A stretch of 63,205 nucleotides of DNA, the filler included, from Bigelowiella natans CCMP2755 (taxonomy: Eukaryota > Protista > Cercozoa): assembly GCA_000320545.1 (NCBI GenBank). It is 9 parts of 9 records of this genome, joined end to end, with 100 filler letters (N's around TTAATTAATTAA, not from the genome) between each part and the next. Parts side by side here need not be neighbours in the genome. Positions count along the whole stretch, not along the records: positions 24,284 to 46,947 come from ADNK01001789.1; 8 more parts are not named here. One strand, 5' to 3'. The notes under the pieces were generated by a model. That model was not told where the DNA came from and ran no database searches. It saw only the letters and a list, made by a program, of their open reading frames with translations. Shown one piece after another: positions 25,868-38,562 of this stretch (the first letter of the stretch is position 1; every line of letters begins with the position of its first letter). The position numbers and the translations under genes were made by a program.

Positions 25868-26283
25868 CCTTGCACAGGCTCAAATACACTAGAGTCCACA
25901 TTCAACATGATAGACGTAGCCTTATCCTCCTATCGTCACCACGTACCCCATGGTTGTTTGGGCACAGGCAGCGTAAAGCGGGAAGCTCCAGCGGTGGATT
26001 CGCCATATGGAATACCCAAGAAAGCATTGTACCTATTATTATTCGGTCATTGATTGAGTTGGTTTTCCTCATCACATGATCTGTTTCTATTTAAGAACCT
26101 ACTCTCCCCCCCCCCCCCCCTCCCACTCCCTGTGTACCCGTCGAATCGACGTCCCTGGACGGCTCCCATCTCTGTATCGACTATGACGAACGGATCATCC
26201 AGCTCCGACGACCCTGCCCCTAGAATGGGGATGCTCAAGGTGAGAGCCACAAAGGGGAGGGGTCCGAGGCTAAGTGCTGACAT
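24284..26283 (-). CDS. Type-B carboxylesterase/cholinesterase family, secreted, 3'-truncated
   Basis: Signal peptide, then VIVDTEMGAVQG, AFLGIPYGESTAGASRFTLPVPKQPW, SEDCLHINIWAP, PVVVYIHGGGFQSG and YRLGPFGF...NLGIRDQQ in GT-AG exons. Confidence 0.92.
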
Positions 26284-27614
26284 TTGCTCGAGTGACTCTC
26301 GAGTTAGTTAGTTAGTTAGTTAGTTAGTTATTCTTTTCGCGCCCTTGACTTCCCAGCTATGTTGTTACACCGAAGTGATTTTCATAGTGGATGTTGTCTC
26401 ATAACGGACATTGCGAAAGTCAAAACTTGCATGGCAAAACATAGCAAAATTTGTGACTTATAGGACTAATAAACTTTTTTCTTTTTATTTTTAGGTTTGA
26501 GCCTTTTTTTTTTTTTTTTTTTTTTAGGTTTGGGGCCTTTATTCTGGTAAATTTAATGATAGGTAAGTAAGGTGTGCAATTTAAAAGGTGATGGGTGGAT
26601 TTTTTTTTGGGCTGAAGTCAATGGTGTATCTGCCCGTAGTGACAGACTGATGCGACAACACAAACAACAATTTGATCTCGAGGTGAGTGCCAATGAGCAA
26701 TTTGCGAACAGTTCCAACGCTATTGTTCATTGTTTATTGTTCATTGTTCCTAGCTGTTTTACGGTTAAAGTTCTAAATGAACCGAACAGAATAACTAAAA
26801 TAGATCTAACTAACTAAAACTAAAAACTAACTAACCATCATACCACTAGATCTAGTCTACTGATCGATCTGGGATTTCCATGGATTTGGAGATCCCGAAC
26901 AATGAACAATGAACTGTGAACAAAGAACGAGGTTTGTGGGGTTCACGGTTAGGAAGTGTGCGACAATCTATGGCCGCTATTTTCGGGAATTAATTTCTCG
27001 GTCCACAGTCCACCAGCCCCGGGCGGGGGAGCACGCCTAAAAAGTACTTACACGTTCCCGAACATCATTTCATTCAGTTCTCTTTCAGTGTCTAAAACAA
27101 CTGAACACGGGGGGGGGGAAGGAGGGGTAAAATGCACTTTTTTGTAAGTTAAAACTCGAGTTGTGCCTTGTATGGCCGAAAACAGATATTAAAAATGACC
27201 TCATTGTACTCTAAAAGACGAAAATTGACATCGAGCCATTTGTCCATATATCGTCTTTCCCACCCCCAATCTTCTACCTACTGCCTATTAAAATCATATG
27301 AACCCTGCCATGGTGTTTGTGGGGGGGTATGACAGCTTGTGTTCCGCTCCGGGTTCCTTTCATCGCTCATTTTGATGAGATGAATAGACGATGTGTCAAT
27401 GTACACTTCTTGTCCGTTCTCCTTAGTGCATGATACTGTTATTCTCTAACGCATAGTTTTATGTTATTTGTTGTAGCATGCAGGCGCGGGAGGGAACTGT
27501 TGTTCTGCTTTCTACCTCATTCAATTTCGTTGAATTGGAGAGGTATGTCAAAAAGTGAAAAGCGTCAACTTGTTGTTATGTGTATGGTTGTTTTATATAT
27601 TATGTGTATATCAT

Positions 27615-27690
27615 ATGCATGGGGTGGGAATTGAACCCTCCAGTGTGCCATATCACACCATGCTGGGTGTAATCACTACTCATGTTAATA
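27615..27690 (-). other. Possible degenerate tRNA-derived (SINE-like) fragment
   Basis: Minus strand has an A-box-like TAGTGATTA and a B-box-like GGTTCAATTCC. No convincing cloverleaf. Confidence 0.25.
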
Positions 27691-27726
27691 ATGGAACGTG
27701 CATGCATGCCAAAATCGATTATCACA

Positions 27727-28133
27727 TTATGTAGTTGATCCTTCATCTCGGATTTGGTGTAATCCTGTCAAATCCCATGTGTAGTCCATCATTGTCCATC
27801 CTCTACGGGAGAACCTTGCTGCCCTGGCTTCCATGAGTTCATCTCCCAACACTGGCTTGCAAGGTCTCATTATTTTATTCCGTATGTCATCGATTACTTG
27901 ACCTTCTTCTACCATAGGATTGCGCCACAGAATTAACAACATTTCACTTTGTCATCGGTAGCATGTCTGTTGACAGGGAAGAGACCAGTCTTCCTCCATG
28001 CTGAACAGATTTTCTCAGGATCTGTCTTTTCAAAATCATTCCATGCCTTTGTGATACATGAATTGAAATCAGGTTGGGAATAATGCATGGTGGAGGGATG
28101 CTGTCGTCGCCATCGTGTGATGTGTGATCCCAC
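27727..28133 (-). mobile_element. Relic of pogo/Fot1-like (DDE_1) transposase C-terminus
   Basis: CITKAWNDFEKTDPEKICSAWRKTGLFPVN matches the I..AW......I..AW.KTGL.P.N tail typical of pogo-type transposases. Frameshifted and 5'-truncated. Confidence 0.7.
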
Positions 28134-28243
28134 AAGGCCTTTCAGGATGGAATTGGGCCCATTATCGTTGGGCGCCAGCCATCCTGAGGTGTGAGGTGAG
28201 TTTGTTTTTCATCACCTGTCACCATGCAAATCACAATTAGCAA

Positions 28244-28302
28244 AAAACGGCCCCCTCCAATCGCACCCGCCACTGGCGGGTGCGATTGGAGGGGGCCGTT
28301 TT
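28244..28302. repeat. Perfect palindrome, 29-bp arms with 1-nt centre
   Basis: AAAACGGCCCCCTCCAATCGCACCCGCCA-C-TGGCGGGTGCGATTGGAGGGGGCCGTTTT. Confidence 0.97.
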
Positions 28303-28639
28303 GCGTTTGGGGGTGCACACCTTGTGAATTTTCCGTTCTGAGCTCCCTTCCCAGTCCACGTAGGGTCGCCATGCGTAGACCTGGTGAGACTTCACTGTTT
28401 TGTGCTCAGACAGCACTCGATCCAAGGAACGACCGTGTTTCCACTTGGCGATGAGAGCGCAAGTCAAGTCTTCCGCTTCCTCACGAGTCTCGGGCACACG
28501 AACAGGCGGCTTCCCAGGTGCGACGTTTTCCTTGCCAGTGCGTGCCCCACCTGACGGTGCGCACAGCGTCAAGCGTCATGCGAGGTGCTGGGCACCACCA
28601 GGGGGTTCGATTCCCCCCTCGCAAAAACAACAACCACAC

Positions 28640-28930
28640 ATTGCAATGCTTGGAGCGTCTCACTGAGTGGTCACTCGCACACGACCACAACGAAACGAGG
28701 AGGCACCTGTTCGGCGAGCAACAGCACCAATTCGTGCAACTTTTGTTGACGTCAGGCAAGCCAAAGGAGAGCGGCCGCGTTTGCGAGACGAAATGCGTTC
28801 AGATCGGCGTGAACCTGACAAAAACAACGCGAAACAACCACTTCCAATCGTCACACAATTCGACCCCCACGTGCTCCTCACACGAACGGCGTGCAACGCA
28901 TCGGAACAGGATCGACCACCTGTTTGACCA
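28640..28930 (+). mobile_element. Relic of Penelope-like retroelement (RT C-terminal/linker region)
   Basis: LERLTEWSLAHDHNE becomes LERLTEWLLAxDYNE when TpA is restored, resembling the PLE L..WL..RGY.E motif. After a frameshift comes KQPLPIVTQFDP, resembling PLE P.V.TY.P. Confidence 0.5.
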
Positions 28931-29388
28931 CCAAGAGTGGGGAAGGACGATGACCGGGTGACACGTCGATGGCGTGAGGTGCATGGGGTTGCTTGGAAGG
29001 GCATCACGAGCGTGTTTGTGCAGGTGTCTGGAACGAGCAGGTGCTGACAGTGGTCTATGTGAGCTCAATTGACCGTTGGTTTTCGTTTGAATTTGGTGCA
29101 AAATTCAAGCAGGAAACATTGGGCAAAAGTTTGACCCTCAATTTCATCAAGTGCGACAATCAGAAAATGGCAAATTGCTGACGAAGGGAAAAAATGCGAC
29201 AGATCTAGTGGGATGTGCTACCGGCAAAAACATTTCAAAAGTAGTCGGACAATTCGGAGAATTGTTTCGGCCATGCAATGCAACAGACCCTTGTCGCGGA
29301 AACAATTTCGGCCATGCAAAAAACGAGATGCAACTTTTCGGCCACTGTCGGTGACACACTTCCTACATGAGCAAATTAGCAACATTAT

Positions 29389-29758
29389 TTCGAGGTTGTC
29401 GCAATTTTACTTTTGGACCACAATCCCGAAGGGGCGTGTGTATTACACTAATTTTAACCCAAATGGCACGTAATTAACAGGTTTTCTTTTCCCAGGCTCC
29501 CAGGCAGAGAAATAGGGATCCGTTGAGACATCAGATCTCGAAATCACATCATTTTGCGTTTGTTTTTGTTAGATCTTAGGTTTGAAAAAATTGTCTATTT
29601 CTATTGTTCTTGTTGCTTTTGTTGCCATGGGATCCTCTAACAGATTTAACAGAATCAACGATTCGAGGTTGTCGCGATATTACTTTTGGACTACAAATCC
29701 GGAAAGGGCGAACAGAATCATCGCTATTTTACGTCTGGACTGCAATCCAGAAAGGGCG
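29389..29758 (+). repeat. Three diverged copies of a 38-49-bp repeat
   Basis: TTCGAGGTTGTCGC..TTACTTTTGGACYACAA..CC.GAA.GGGCG at 29389-29436 and 29662-29710, with a partial copy at 29721-29758. Confidence 0.85.
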
Positions 29759-30046
29759 TCCTGCGCGACTCAACGAAGACCACCCCCCTTCCCAAAACGA
29801 GTTAGTTGGACGGCTCCCGATTCGGCAAACAAAATGATGCCTCAAGAGCTGTTTGTTCGGGAACGATGCCCATCTCCCATAAAAACAAGATCAATACCAA
29901 ATTAATACAATGGAGTGGTGGCTGGACGAGGTGTTTCACCAATTATGCGCTGTACTTGCGTTAGAATTTCCAATCGTGTGGCTGCTCTTTGCTGAGGACA
30001 GATGGAGCATTCGAGTGGGACTCGGGTATGTAACTGATTTTGCTGT

Positions 30047-31204
30047 ATGAAGATGGTACTAAATACTGACTTACTTGATATGTATCGCAGAATCCACCTT
30101 CTTACTGCTGTGACGTTATCAGTGACTTTGGGAATACTGTTGTTCAGAGGGGTTTCCGTACTGTGCGGTGCCATGTTGACTTTGACACTTCTATTCGCTG
30201 AACTCCAAGCTGTATATTTTCTCTATCTTTTAAAGCTTGGAGCACGCCTCATGTTAGGGAATTCAGTACCCCCTGTTCTGTATTTAGGTCGAAAGATCAT
30301 CATTATGAGCGCAGTACTTAAAGTTATATCATTCTGTCTTGAACCCATCGATAGCTATCTACTAATTTTTCTCGCCAGATTATACTTCGTGACTTTTGGT
30401 ACTTTTCTGGTAGTGAGCTATTGTCTAGTTTGCACTTGTCAAATAATGCTCAAAGCTTACCGTAGGATCTACAACAATAGTGAGAAGCCAATTGAGATGG
30501 AAGATGTAGGTGGTGCCAGAGGGGAGGATAGAGGATCACAGGCAGCAATAAGGAAGTCTTCTGAAGACAAAACTAAGAAAAAGAAATCTGAGTGTGTTAC
30601 AGAGCACCAACGCCAACGGGAAACTAAAAGCAATAAAATTGAAAGCAGCAACCCTCCATCACCGCAGTTGCCAAATGTACAGGGAGGGAGCCGTAACATC
30701 AGAGTTTCAATGCAAACTCAAATTAGAACAATCTATCCGGAGGAAAAAAGTAAAATGGAGTCACAAAATTCATGGCTCGAGAACTACGATTCGGGCACTA
30801 GGAGCGAAACAATCGACGGAAAGCAGCTTGACATTGCCAAAAACAAAAACAAAAACGATCGCAAAAATGACACCTCGTTTATGGAGTCTAAGAAAACCTT
30901 CGACTTACAGAATAACATACCCCAACACAATCAAAATGAGTTGCAGCAGCAATCATCACGCGAAGATATCCAATGTTTTTCTCAGCCGCGGGAGCGAGAG
31001 TTAAATTTGCCTGAAAAGCCTTCTCCACCTTTTAACGTGAAGGAAACAACCGTGGACCGTTCGAGAGAAAGGTTAAGATTAGGCATGCTCAATGCCAACA
31101 ACAATGAACAGGTTATTAACAAATTACTTCTTATCTTCATACCCATTCAAACACAAGCGCTCGCACACTCACCACAAAAAAAAGTAATAATGTATGTACA
31201 TTAA
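30047..31204 (+). CDS. Hypothetical multi-pass membrane protein with long hydrophilic C-tail
   Basis: 385-aa uninterrupted, microsatellite-free ORF with about 4 hydrophobic helices followed by a charged, disordered tail. May have further exons. Confidence 0.6.
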   Translation: MKMVLNTDLLDMYRRIHLLTAVTLSVTLGILLFRGVSVLCGAMLTLTLLFAELQAVYFLYLLKLGARLMLGNSVPPVLYLGRKIIIMSAVLKVISFCLEPIDSYLLIFLARLYFVTFGTFLVVSYCLVCTCQIMLKAYRRIYNNSEKPIEMEDVGGARGEDRGSQAAIRKSSEDKTKKKKSECVTEHQRQRETKSNKIESSNPPSPQLPNVQGGSRNIRVSMQTQIRTIYPEEKSKMESQNSWLENYDSGTRSETIDGKQLDIAKNKNKNDRKNDTSFMESKKTFDLQNNIPQHNQNELQQQSSREDIQCFSQPRERELNLPEKPSPPFNVKETTVDRSRERLRLGMLNANNNEQVINKLLLIFIPIQTQALAHSPQKKVIMYVH

Positions 31205-31215
31205 AATGTTCGTAT

Positions 31216-31252
<37 letters not shown>

Positions 31253-31746
31253 TGATCGCACTGATTTGTGACATTAGATACGCAAGAGGATCTTCCCAAC
31301 TGCATTATATGCGTCAATCTACGCCTGTGCCCTGGTTTTAGCTTTACTAGGTATAGTGAGAGTGATGGTTCTTGACTCTCAAAACGCTCTCGGTGACAAT
31401 CCACAACTAAGACAAGAAATGGATTCCAGAGGAACGGTATGACTTCAGATGTTATATTTTTCAGTACTCGCAATAGAAATGCAGATAATTTCCATTTGTT
31501 GTTTCGCTTCGGTATCTCTGGATAATCCTAATTCCTATCGGCGTTCTTTTTATCATTAGCATGTCAATTCATATCGCTTCTATTGCCGCCTAAGCATTTT
31601 TGTTTGCTCAGCCATTTTTGGTTGGATGCCAAGGGTTGACATCCATGATATACGTTGCATCTTCGTCCAATCGTTGCGGTTGCTGGAACAAAAGGGAAGG
31701 CCTTGAGTAGCTTGCACGCGATACGGCTAGGAACATCTGATCTGTG

Positions 31747-31835
31747 CTTGCAACGGTCATGATAGTTCACATTGCTGAAGGGTATGATTTGCTTGCAACG
31801 GTCATGATAGTTCACATTGCTGAAGGGTATGATTT
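31747..31835. repeat. Tandem duplication, 2 x 44 bp
   Basis: GCTTGCAACGGTCATGATAGTTCACATTGCTGAAGGGTATGATT repeated directly. Confidence 0.9.
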
Positions 31836-32599
31836 GACAATTAAGAATTTGGATTAAGTTGTAGCAGTGCCTGCATCACCTATACCTCTAGAGCTTGAAT
31901 TTCTGCCGCTAGTCTAACTTTGTGTAGCTCGACTCGGTTCGGTGCGATTCCAACACAATGAATGGGGATGCATGTGGACTTCATGTGCACATGCTATGGC
32001 GCCAATTCTAGAATTCCAGCAGACCAATGTTTTTTGGCCTTTCTGCTAGCTTTTGCTGTTCTGCGTTTTGGCAAAATTATAGATGTGCACGCTGCGCTTC
32101 GCCGCAGGCCTCCTCATCGAGTTGAGGATTGCTCGGTGCTCTTTCAATGATCATGCAATGATGTCAGCATCGCAATTTTCGCTCTAGCTTTTGCGTAGCG
32201 CATGCAGCGAGATCCGCATTGCACGGCACATAGCATCAATAGCGTGCACAAAGTTACTGCACGCGTTCATTTGTTCATCAATCAACTACCTGACATTTAA
32301 TTGTCAAATGGCACTGTAGCGGCTATACAATTCATTTAGAAATATGTTAGGGAGAAATTACCCGTGCAACCGCCACGCATGCAAGTACCCGTTTGTAATG
32401 TGGTATGCTGTTGACTCGGTAGTAGTTGAGAATACAGGATCAGGATCTCTAAATGCTGTCTGTGCTGTGGGACCTCTTCATCCGGCAAATGCGAATATCG
32501 GCCAAAGACCTGCATACATCGCGGATCGACATCCATCAATTACACACAAAATAAATCATTTTAACAAAAAAATCCGACAACATTCATTTCTATGAGGCA

Positions 32600-32896
32600 G
32601 AAAGTTTTCACGGTACTTTGAATGCGCCTAAAAATCATCATTAGTCTAAACAAAATACACATCCGACGACACATTTCCACAATGCTCTGTACGGGTCAGT
32701 CAGATATATTTGGATTTATTGCTAGCATCTCATTTCAAATAACACCATCTTTTTGTGGTTGTGCTAGTGCTGTGGGAAAATACTACCTTGAGCTGGAAAG
32801 AGTTGTTGCCGAAGGCTTCATTCCATACCCGATGACGCCATGATTAGGAGCTCCAACTAGACGTGCACTGTGATCATAAATGTTTCAAGGAAAAAA

Positions 32897-32962
<66 letters not shown>

Positions 32963-33010
32963 TATATTGGTGTGTGTTTATGTGTGTGTATTTTAATCAA
33001 CCGGTCGCAT

Positions 33011-33045
<35 letters not shown>

Positions 33046-33521
33046 TATTGCATATAATTTTCGAAAGAGGAAAGAAAAAAATGACATTCATTTCGAAAGG
33101 GGCGAAATTCTGCTTACATCTTTAATCCACCCCCACCCCCTTTTTCCGCAAATCTGCTTTATTTTATGCCATATTCCCCAGCTTGCGTGCAAACCTGATG
33201 AACTCCTCGACACTCCATGACAGCCTACGTTCGCCGAGGTCGCTCTTTTTCATTTCCTAACGAATTTGTACTTTGGTTCGTGGATACACATGCTATGTAT
33301 GTGTGTGTGTGTGTGTGCGCGCGCGCGCGCGCGTGGTGTGGGGGGGGGATATCTCATAGCGGTAAACCTGTGCACTGTCCATCAGAAGATTGTGGCTATT
33401 ATTCTGTGCCTTGCCACTTATTCGCTGGGAGCTTCCCGAGGCGACCGGTTCGATCTGAGCTTTTTTATAAAGCTCTTGCACACATCCATCCAAGACCCCT
33501 TCCGGCATCACGAGAGCAAAG

Positions 33522-33555
<34 letters not shown>

Positions 33556-33580
33556 AATGATATCGATCGGCGATGTGTGC

Positions 33581-33615
<35 letters not shown>

Positions 33616-33981
33616 TGGGTGGTGAGAGCATTGTTGCATTTTATTGACTTACTTTCCAGATTGCTATGAGCGAGGATTTCACCCTAAAATATGTTCCAGA
33701 CAACATGGTTTGTTTGCGAAGGGCGTCGTCATAAGTTGCACAATAAGCAATTTGTCAGAAACGCAACAGCTGGCAGCAGCTGCACCCCTTGAAAACTGCT
33801 CATATTAGTTCAAAGATGATTCTCCCGTACTTACGATATATTTCCATGCCTCCCCCTGGCCTTTTGCCATACAGTATTCGAATTGTTCCTGAAGCATACG
33901 TTTCAACTCAATATAGCTTCTCTGAGCAAAGAGGCTCCTACTTTGCCACTCACACATGATTCACGTATATTATATAAATCA

Positions 33982-34014
<33 letters not shown>

Positions 34015-34073
34015 ACTATGTATATGTAGAGAAATATTTCCTAAACATTACTGAACATATTTGCCCAACCAAT

Positions 34074-34114
<41 letters not shown>

Positions 34115-34475
34115 CTAATACAACATACCTTCGTTGGGTTTTTAAAGAGTTTCAAGAACTCGGTCAGACCCACTTTAGGCCTGATTGTGCAGTCTCCGCT
34201 GTACCCTTGCTCCATTAGCTGCGAGATGTACCTTGGAAAGGTAGGGCGAAGCGGGAGGGGAAAGAGAGAGAGGGGGGGGGTGGGGGGGGAGAGCTTGGGT
34301 AAACATTCAAGAGCAGTACATAACAAAGCACTTAATGTTCGGATTAGAGTCAGCCTTAATAGAGGGTGTAGTAGAAGTGCAATTGTATTGGAAGGGATGG
34401 TGGTAGATGGGGCTGCTGCGGAAGTATCACTCACTTGTGATTTGGGAGGATTCCTAGTGTTGTTAGTCCTATGCG

Positions 34476-34516
<41 letters not shown>

Positions 34517-35181
34517 CCAGCAATGAAAAATAAAATCATTAAAGAACAACGAAGAAAACCAACGATTGCAACACGGCCCTTTCTCACATATAGTTGAGTA
34601 AATTCTGACCGCACATATCGACTGCTGTTCTATATATTTGTTTGATTGCCAGAGGGAACAGACGGTGCTGACTCTATTTGTATTACTCTAAGTATCTTCT
34701 AGAATACAACGAGAAGAGAAACTCATAAATCTCCATCCTCCTCCTCCTCCTCCTCCTGCTCCCCTCCCTCGTCATCACCATCGTCAAAAGCATCACCATC
34801 ATCGTATTACCAAGATACACTTCTCGCAGCTCTCTTGCAAGATACTGGATTGAGCGTACGAGAAGTCTTTGAGGCCACCACGAGCGTCTGCGACGATAGC
34901 GATGAGCGATGGCAATGATGATGAGGAGGAAATAGACCTCAACAATAAAGCATTGGTAGCATAATTCAAGCAGCTCAAGGCGCACACTACTTTGCAAGTT
35001 TCACATATCAAGCATGGTGTAAGTAGACGTGTGTGATGATGATGGAATCATATCTCTCTTTTGGAGATAATATGTTGCTTTTCCGTCCTCTACAGCACTT
35101 CATAAAATGTGTTTTTATATGGATTCTCACCGGCCTTCAAGGAACGATACGACATGGGGATTTACCTGTCACACGTATGCA

Positions 35182-35220
<39 letters not shown>

Positions 35221-36430
35221 AACATCGTTTGAGTGTGTGTATAATAAAATAGCTTTTATTTTCCATCTTATAAGCCAGATCCAGAGACGTGGATAATGCT
35301 ACATCTCGCTCTTGCGCGAGCTGTGACGTCATCATAGCCGATGAGTGAGCAGTGTGGTGGTGGTGGTGAGGATCACCGAGGCGAAATGTTGGGTCAAAAC
35401 ACGCATGATTTGTTTCCTACTACACGAATGATCATGCTTCGTGATAAAAAAAACCATGTCGCTCTCGCGACAACCTCTGGACTTTTATAATATTCGGATG
35501 TATGCTGTGTGTTGTGTGCGTGTGCGTGTGTGTGTGTGTGTCTGTGTGTGTGTGTACGCGCGTCCATATACTAATGAAAAGATCTGCTGACCTGGCTAAC
35601 AATGCGGTACCGAACGTTAAACAGCTGCGCCAAACGCTCAGTTGGTATATCAGAAGCAATGGATCTGAGAAGACCAAAGAGCGGCGGCCGAACGACAACA
35701 ACAACAACAACAACAACAATCACAATCACAATCACAACCACCACACCAACCACATATGGTGCGTAATTGAGAAAAGAATGGCTGGGAGGTCAAAATATGA
35801 TGGCTTTTTAGTCTAGCTGGACATCTTAGAAGAAGCGTTCCGAGCCCTTTCTTCTGCTCGTATTTGTGCTACTGTTGTTAGTTCCCCTCTCAGCCAGGAG
35901 GCGAGGTAGGAGTTGTTGCATTACCCATCGATCCATTGCACGTCAGATTCGTCATATTTCACAATCTTCCCTGAGATCAACATCAGCCATTAAAGACAAT
36001 GTGTAGAAGGCACGTTCACAACGTGTGCCTGTCAAATATGCACAGGTATATATATTTTTATATATAAATATTTATATATTGATATCTTTTCTCACACCCT
36101 TCATCTCATTCCCTTCTTCTTCTTTCTTTCCTTCGATCTCATCATCGTGCAAAAATCATCGTTTCTCGTTCTCCCCCCTCCCCCGCACCGCCCCCTCTCA
36201 CCATCCCTATTCTTGGCGTAGAGAGTAGCTGGTTTGTACATCCTGATACCAACATACACACACACACACACATACACGCTTATATATAAACATATGCTGT
36301 TGTGTGCAAATTTCGGATTTACCCAGGAAGGGCGCAGGAGCACAAGGCCGCACTCCACACCAGCACGTTTGGTGTTGATAAGAAATTGCACACCTATAAA
36401 TACACATATTTATGTGCGTGTGTGTGCGTG

Positions 36431-36470
<40 letters not shown>

Positions 36471-36766
36471 CGCGCGTATGAATCGTGTTAAATGATTTGA
36501 AATCTTGCTCTTTGCTCTTCTGCTACACAGTCGCAGCATACCATGGAATGATGGATGCCATCCCTTGACGTGACAACGATGTTTGGGACCATCCCCGTCA
36601 GATCGTGTGCCTCCTCGAATGTCCTTTCCACAATCACGAGAGATCTATTTAATATACTCTGCTGATGCGACGAAATATCGGTCCTGTGACAATGCTGCTT
36701 TCCCCTCATGCCGAGGGGCAAATATGACACTCTGCATGCAATTTACATGCAACTCACGTATTCGGG

Positions 36767-36805
<39 letters not shown>

Positions 36806-36885
36806 CTTGCTCCCTCTAATTCTATGTGGGATCTGGGGGATGGGATGGGTGTAATTGCTGTACATATCAGCCACGTTAGCCTGAG

Positions 36886-36938
<53 letters not shown>

Positions 36939-37424
36939 AAGAGAGAGAGGGAAACAGAATGATGATCCGTCAATTAATGGGCACTTAATAAATAAAAAAC
37001 TCAATCTCAAACACACACACACACACACACAAGCACAAACGCACACACATCGTTTTGCTACATACTATGTTCATATGGCAATAGAGTACTATTCGCAAGG
37101 AATCTTAACGGAAAATCATACCCGGATACATCGCTCGAGAGACGCTAGGTCTAAGAAGGCGCCTTCTGAGTATAGCCGTTGGATCTGATCGAGGTGTGGG
37201 CAAAGCAAATCGATGGGTTTGTTAAATGCTCTATTTTCTGTAGTCGTACTCCATGAATCCCCTCCCTCCTTTGCTGTGACAACAGCGACCTGTGCTTTAC
37301 TGTTGTTGTTATTGCTATTGCTGCTGCTGTTGTTGAAGAAGAAGAAGCACCTTATCCCAGAGCTTGTCCCTCTTGAAGAAGTCGAGGTCTATATCTGTGT
37401 CACTAGGAGAGGGTGGTGACCAGA

Positions 37425-37479
<55 letters not shown>

Positions 37480-38511
37480 GGAGGGGGGGGAGGGGGGGGA
37501 GGGAGATTGTAGACTTTTAAGCGTTTAAAAGAGAGCGGAAGAGAGTGAGAGAGTGAATGGGGGAAGAATGATGAAATCAATCATATGATTGGATAGTTTG
37601 GACGCATCAGATTCGCTGAGGAAACGAGCAAACTGTTCGCTGCTACTAGCTAGCAAAGAAGTCGTAGCTTATGACTACATGAAAAGCTCTTCGAGTTGCT
37701 CGCGCGTCCTTGTGCACTGAGTAGTCAACAACAACAACAACAACAACAACAACAGCAACAACAATAACAACAACAACAACAACAACAACAACAGCAAGAT
37801 CAACAACAACATGTCCGAGTCAACCCTTCGCCGAGCATAATAACATAATATATGTGATTAACGTAAGTGAGCCTGGTGTAACTACCACTATAGCCGTGAT
37901 GATTGACCCCACACTCGCGCCTGGAATTATGTAGTAGTAGTAGTAGTAGTAGTAGTAGCAGTAGTAGGTGTATAATAGTAATAGAGTTTATGAGCTGAAG
38001 GAAGGATTTTTGATAATGTTACAGATGCGGCTGTTTTTTACAAGCATGCGGCTGTTTTTTACAAGCATGCCATGAAGTCGAGGAAACCACCGGTGATTTC
38101 CTCACTTTCACGTAATTAATTAACTGCAAGAACATGTCATCTCGCAAAGAAAGGATTGTTGCTGTTGTTGTTGCCGTTGTTGCTGCTGCAGCTGCGGTTT
38201 GTGTAGAGAGAGAGTCGTCTCCACGTGCGCACCGCAAAGGCAAAAGCAAGTACCTGAAATGACCCTCGGCAGCACACCTGCCTCAAACAGCGCCTTTACA
38301 ACCCCAACATGGTACATGCCTTCCCGTATTTGTGTTCGCGTCGCCAGAACAAAACAAAGAGGGACGGGGGGGGGGAGGGAGGGGGGGTGCGATAGATAGA
38401 GAGGAGAGAGAAATCGTATCGTGAGCAAGGTCTCCAACCTTCCCTTAACGGGGGCACAAAATGATCGAAACTCCTTCCACTCCACATCATTATTATGACA
38501 GAAGAGAAAGG

Positions 38512-38562
<51 letters not shown>

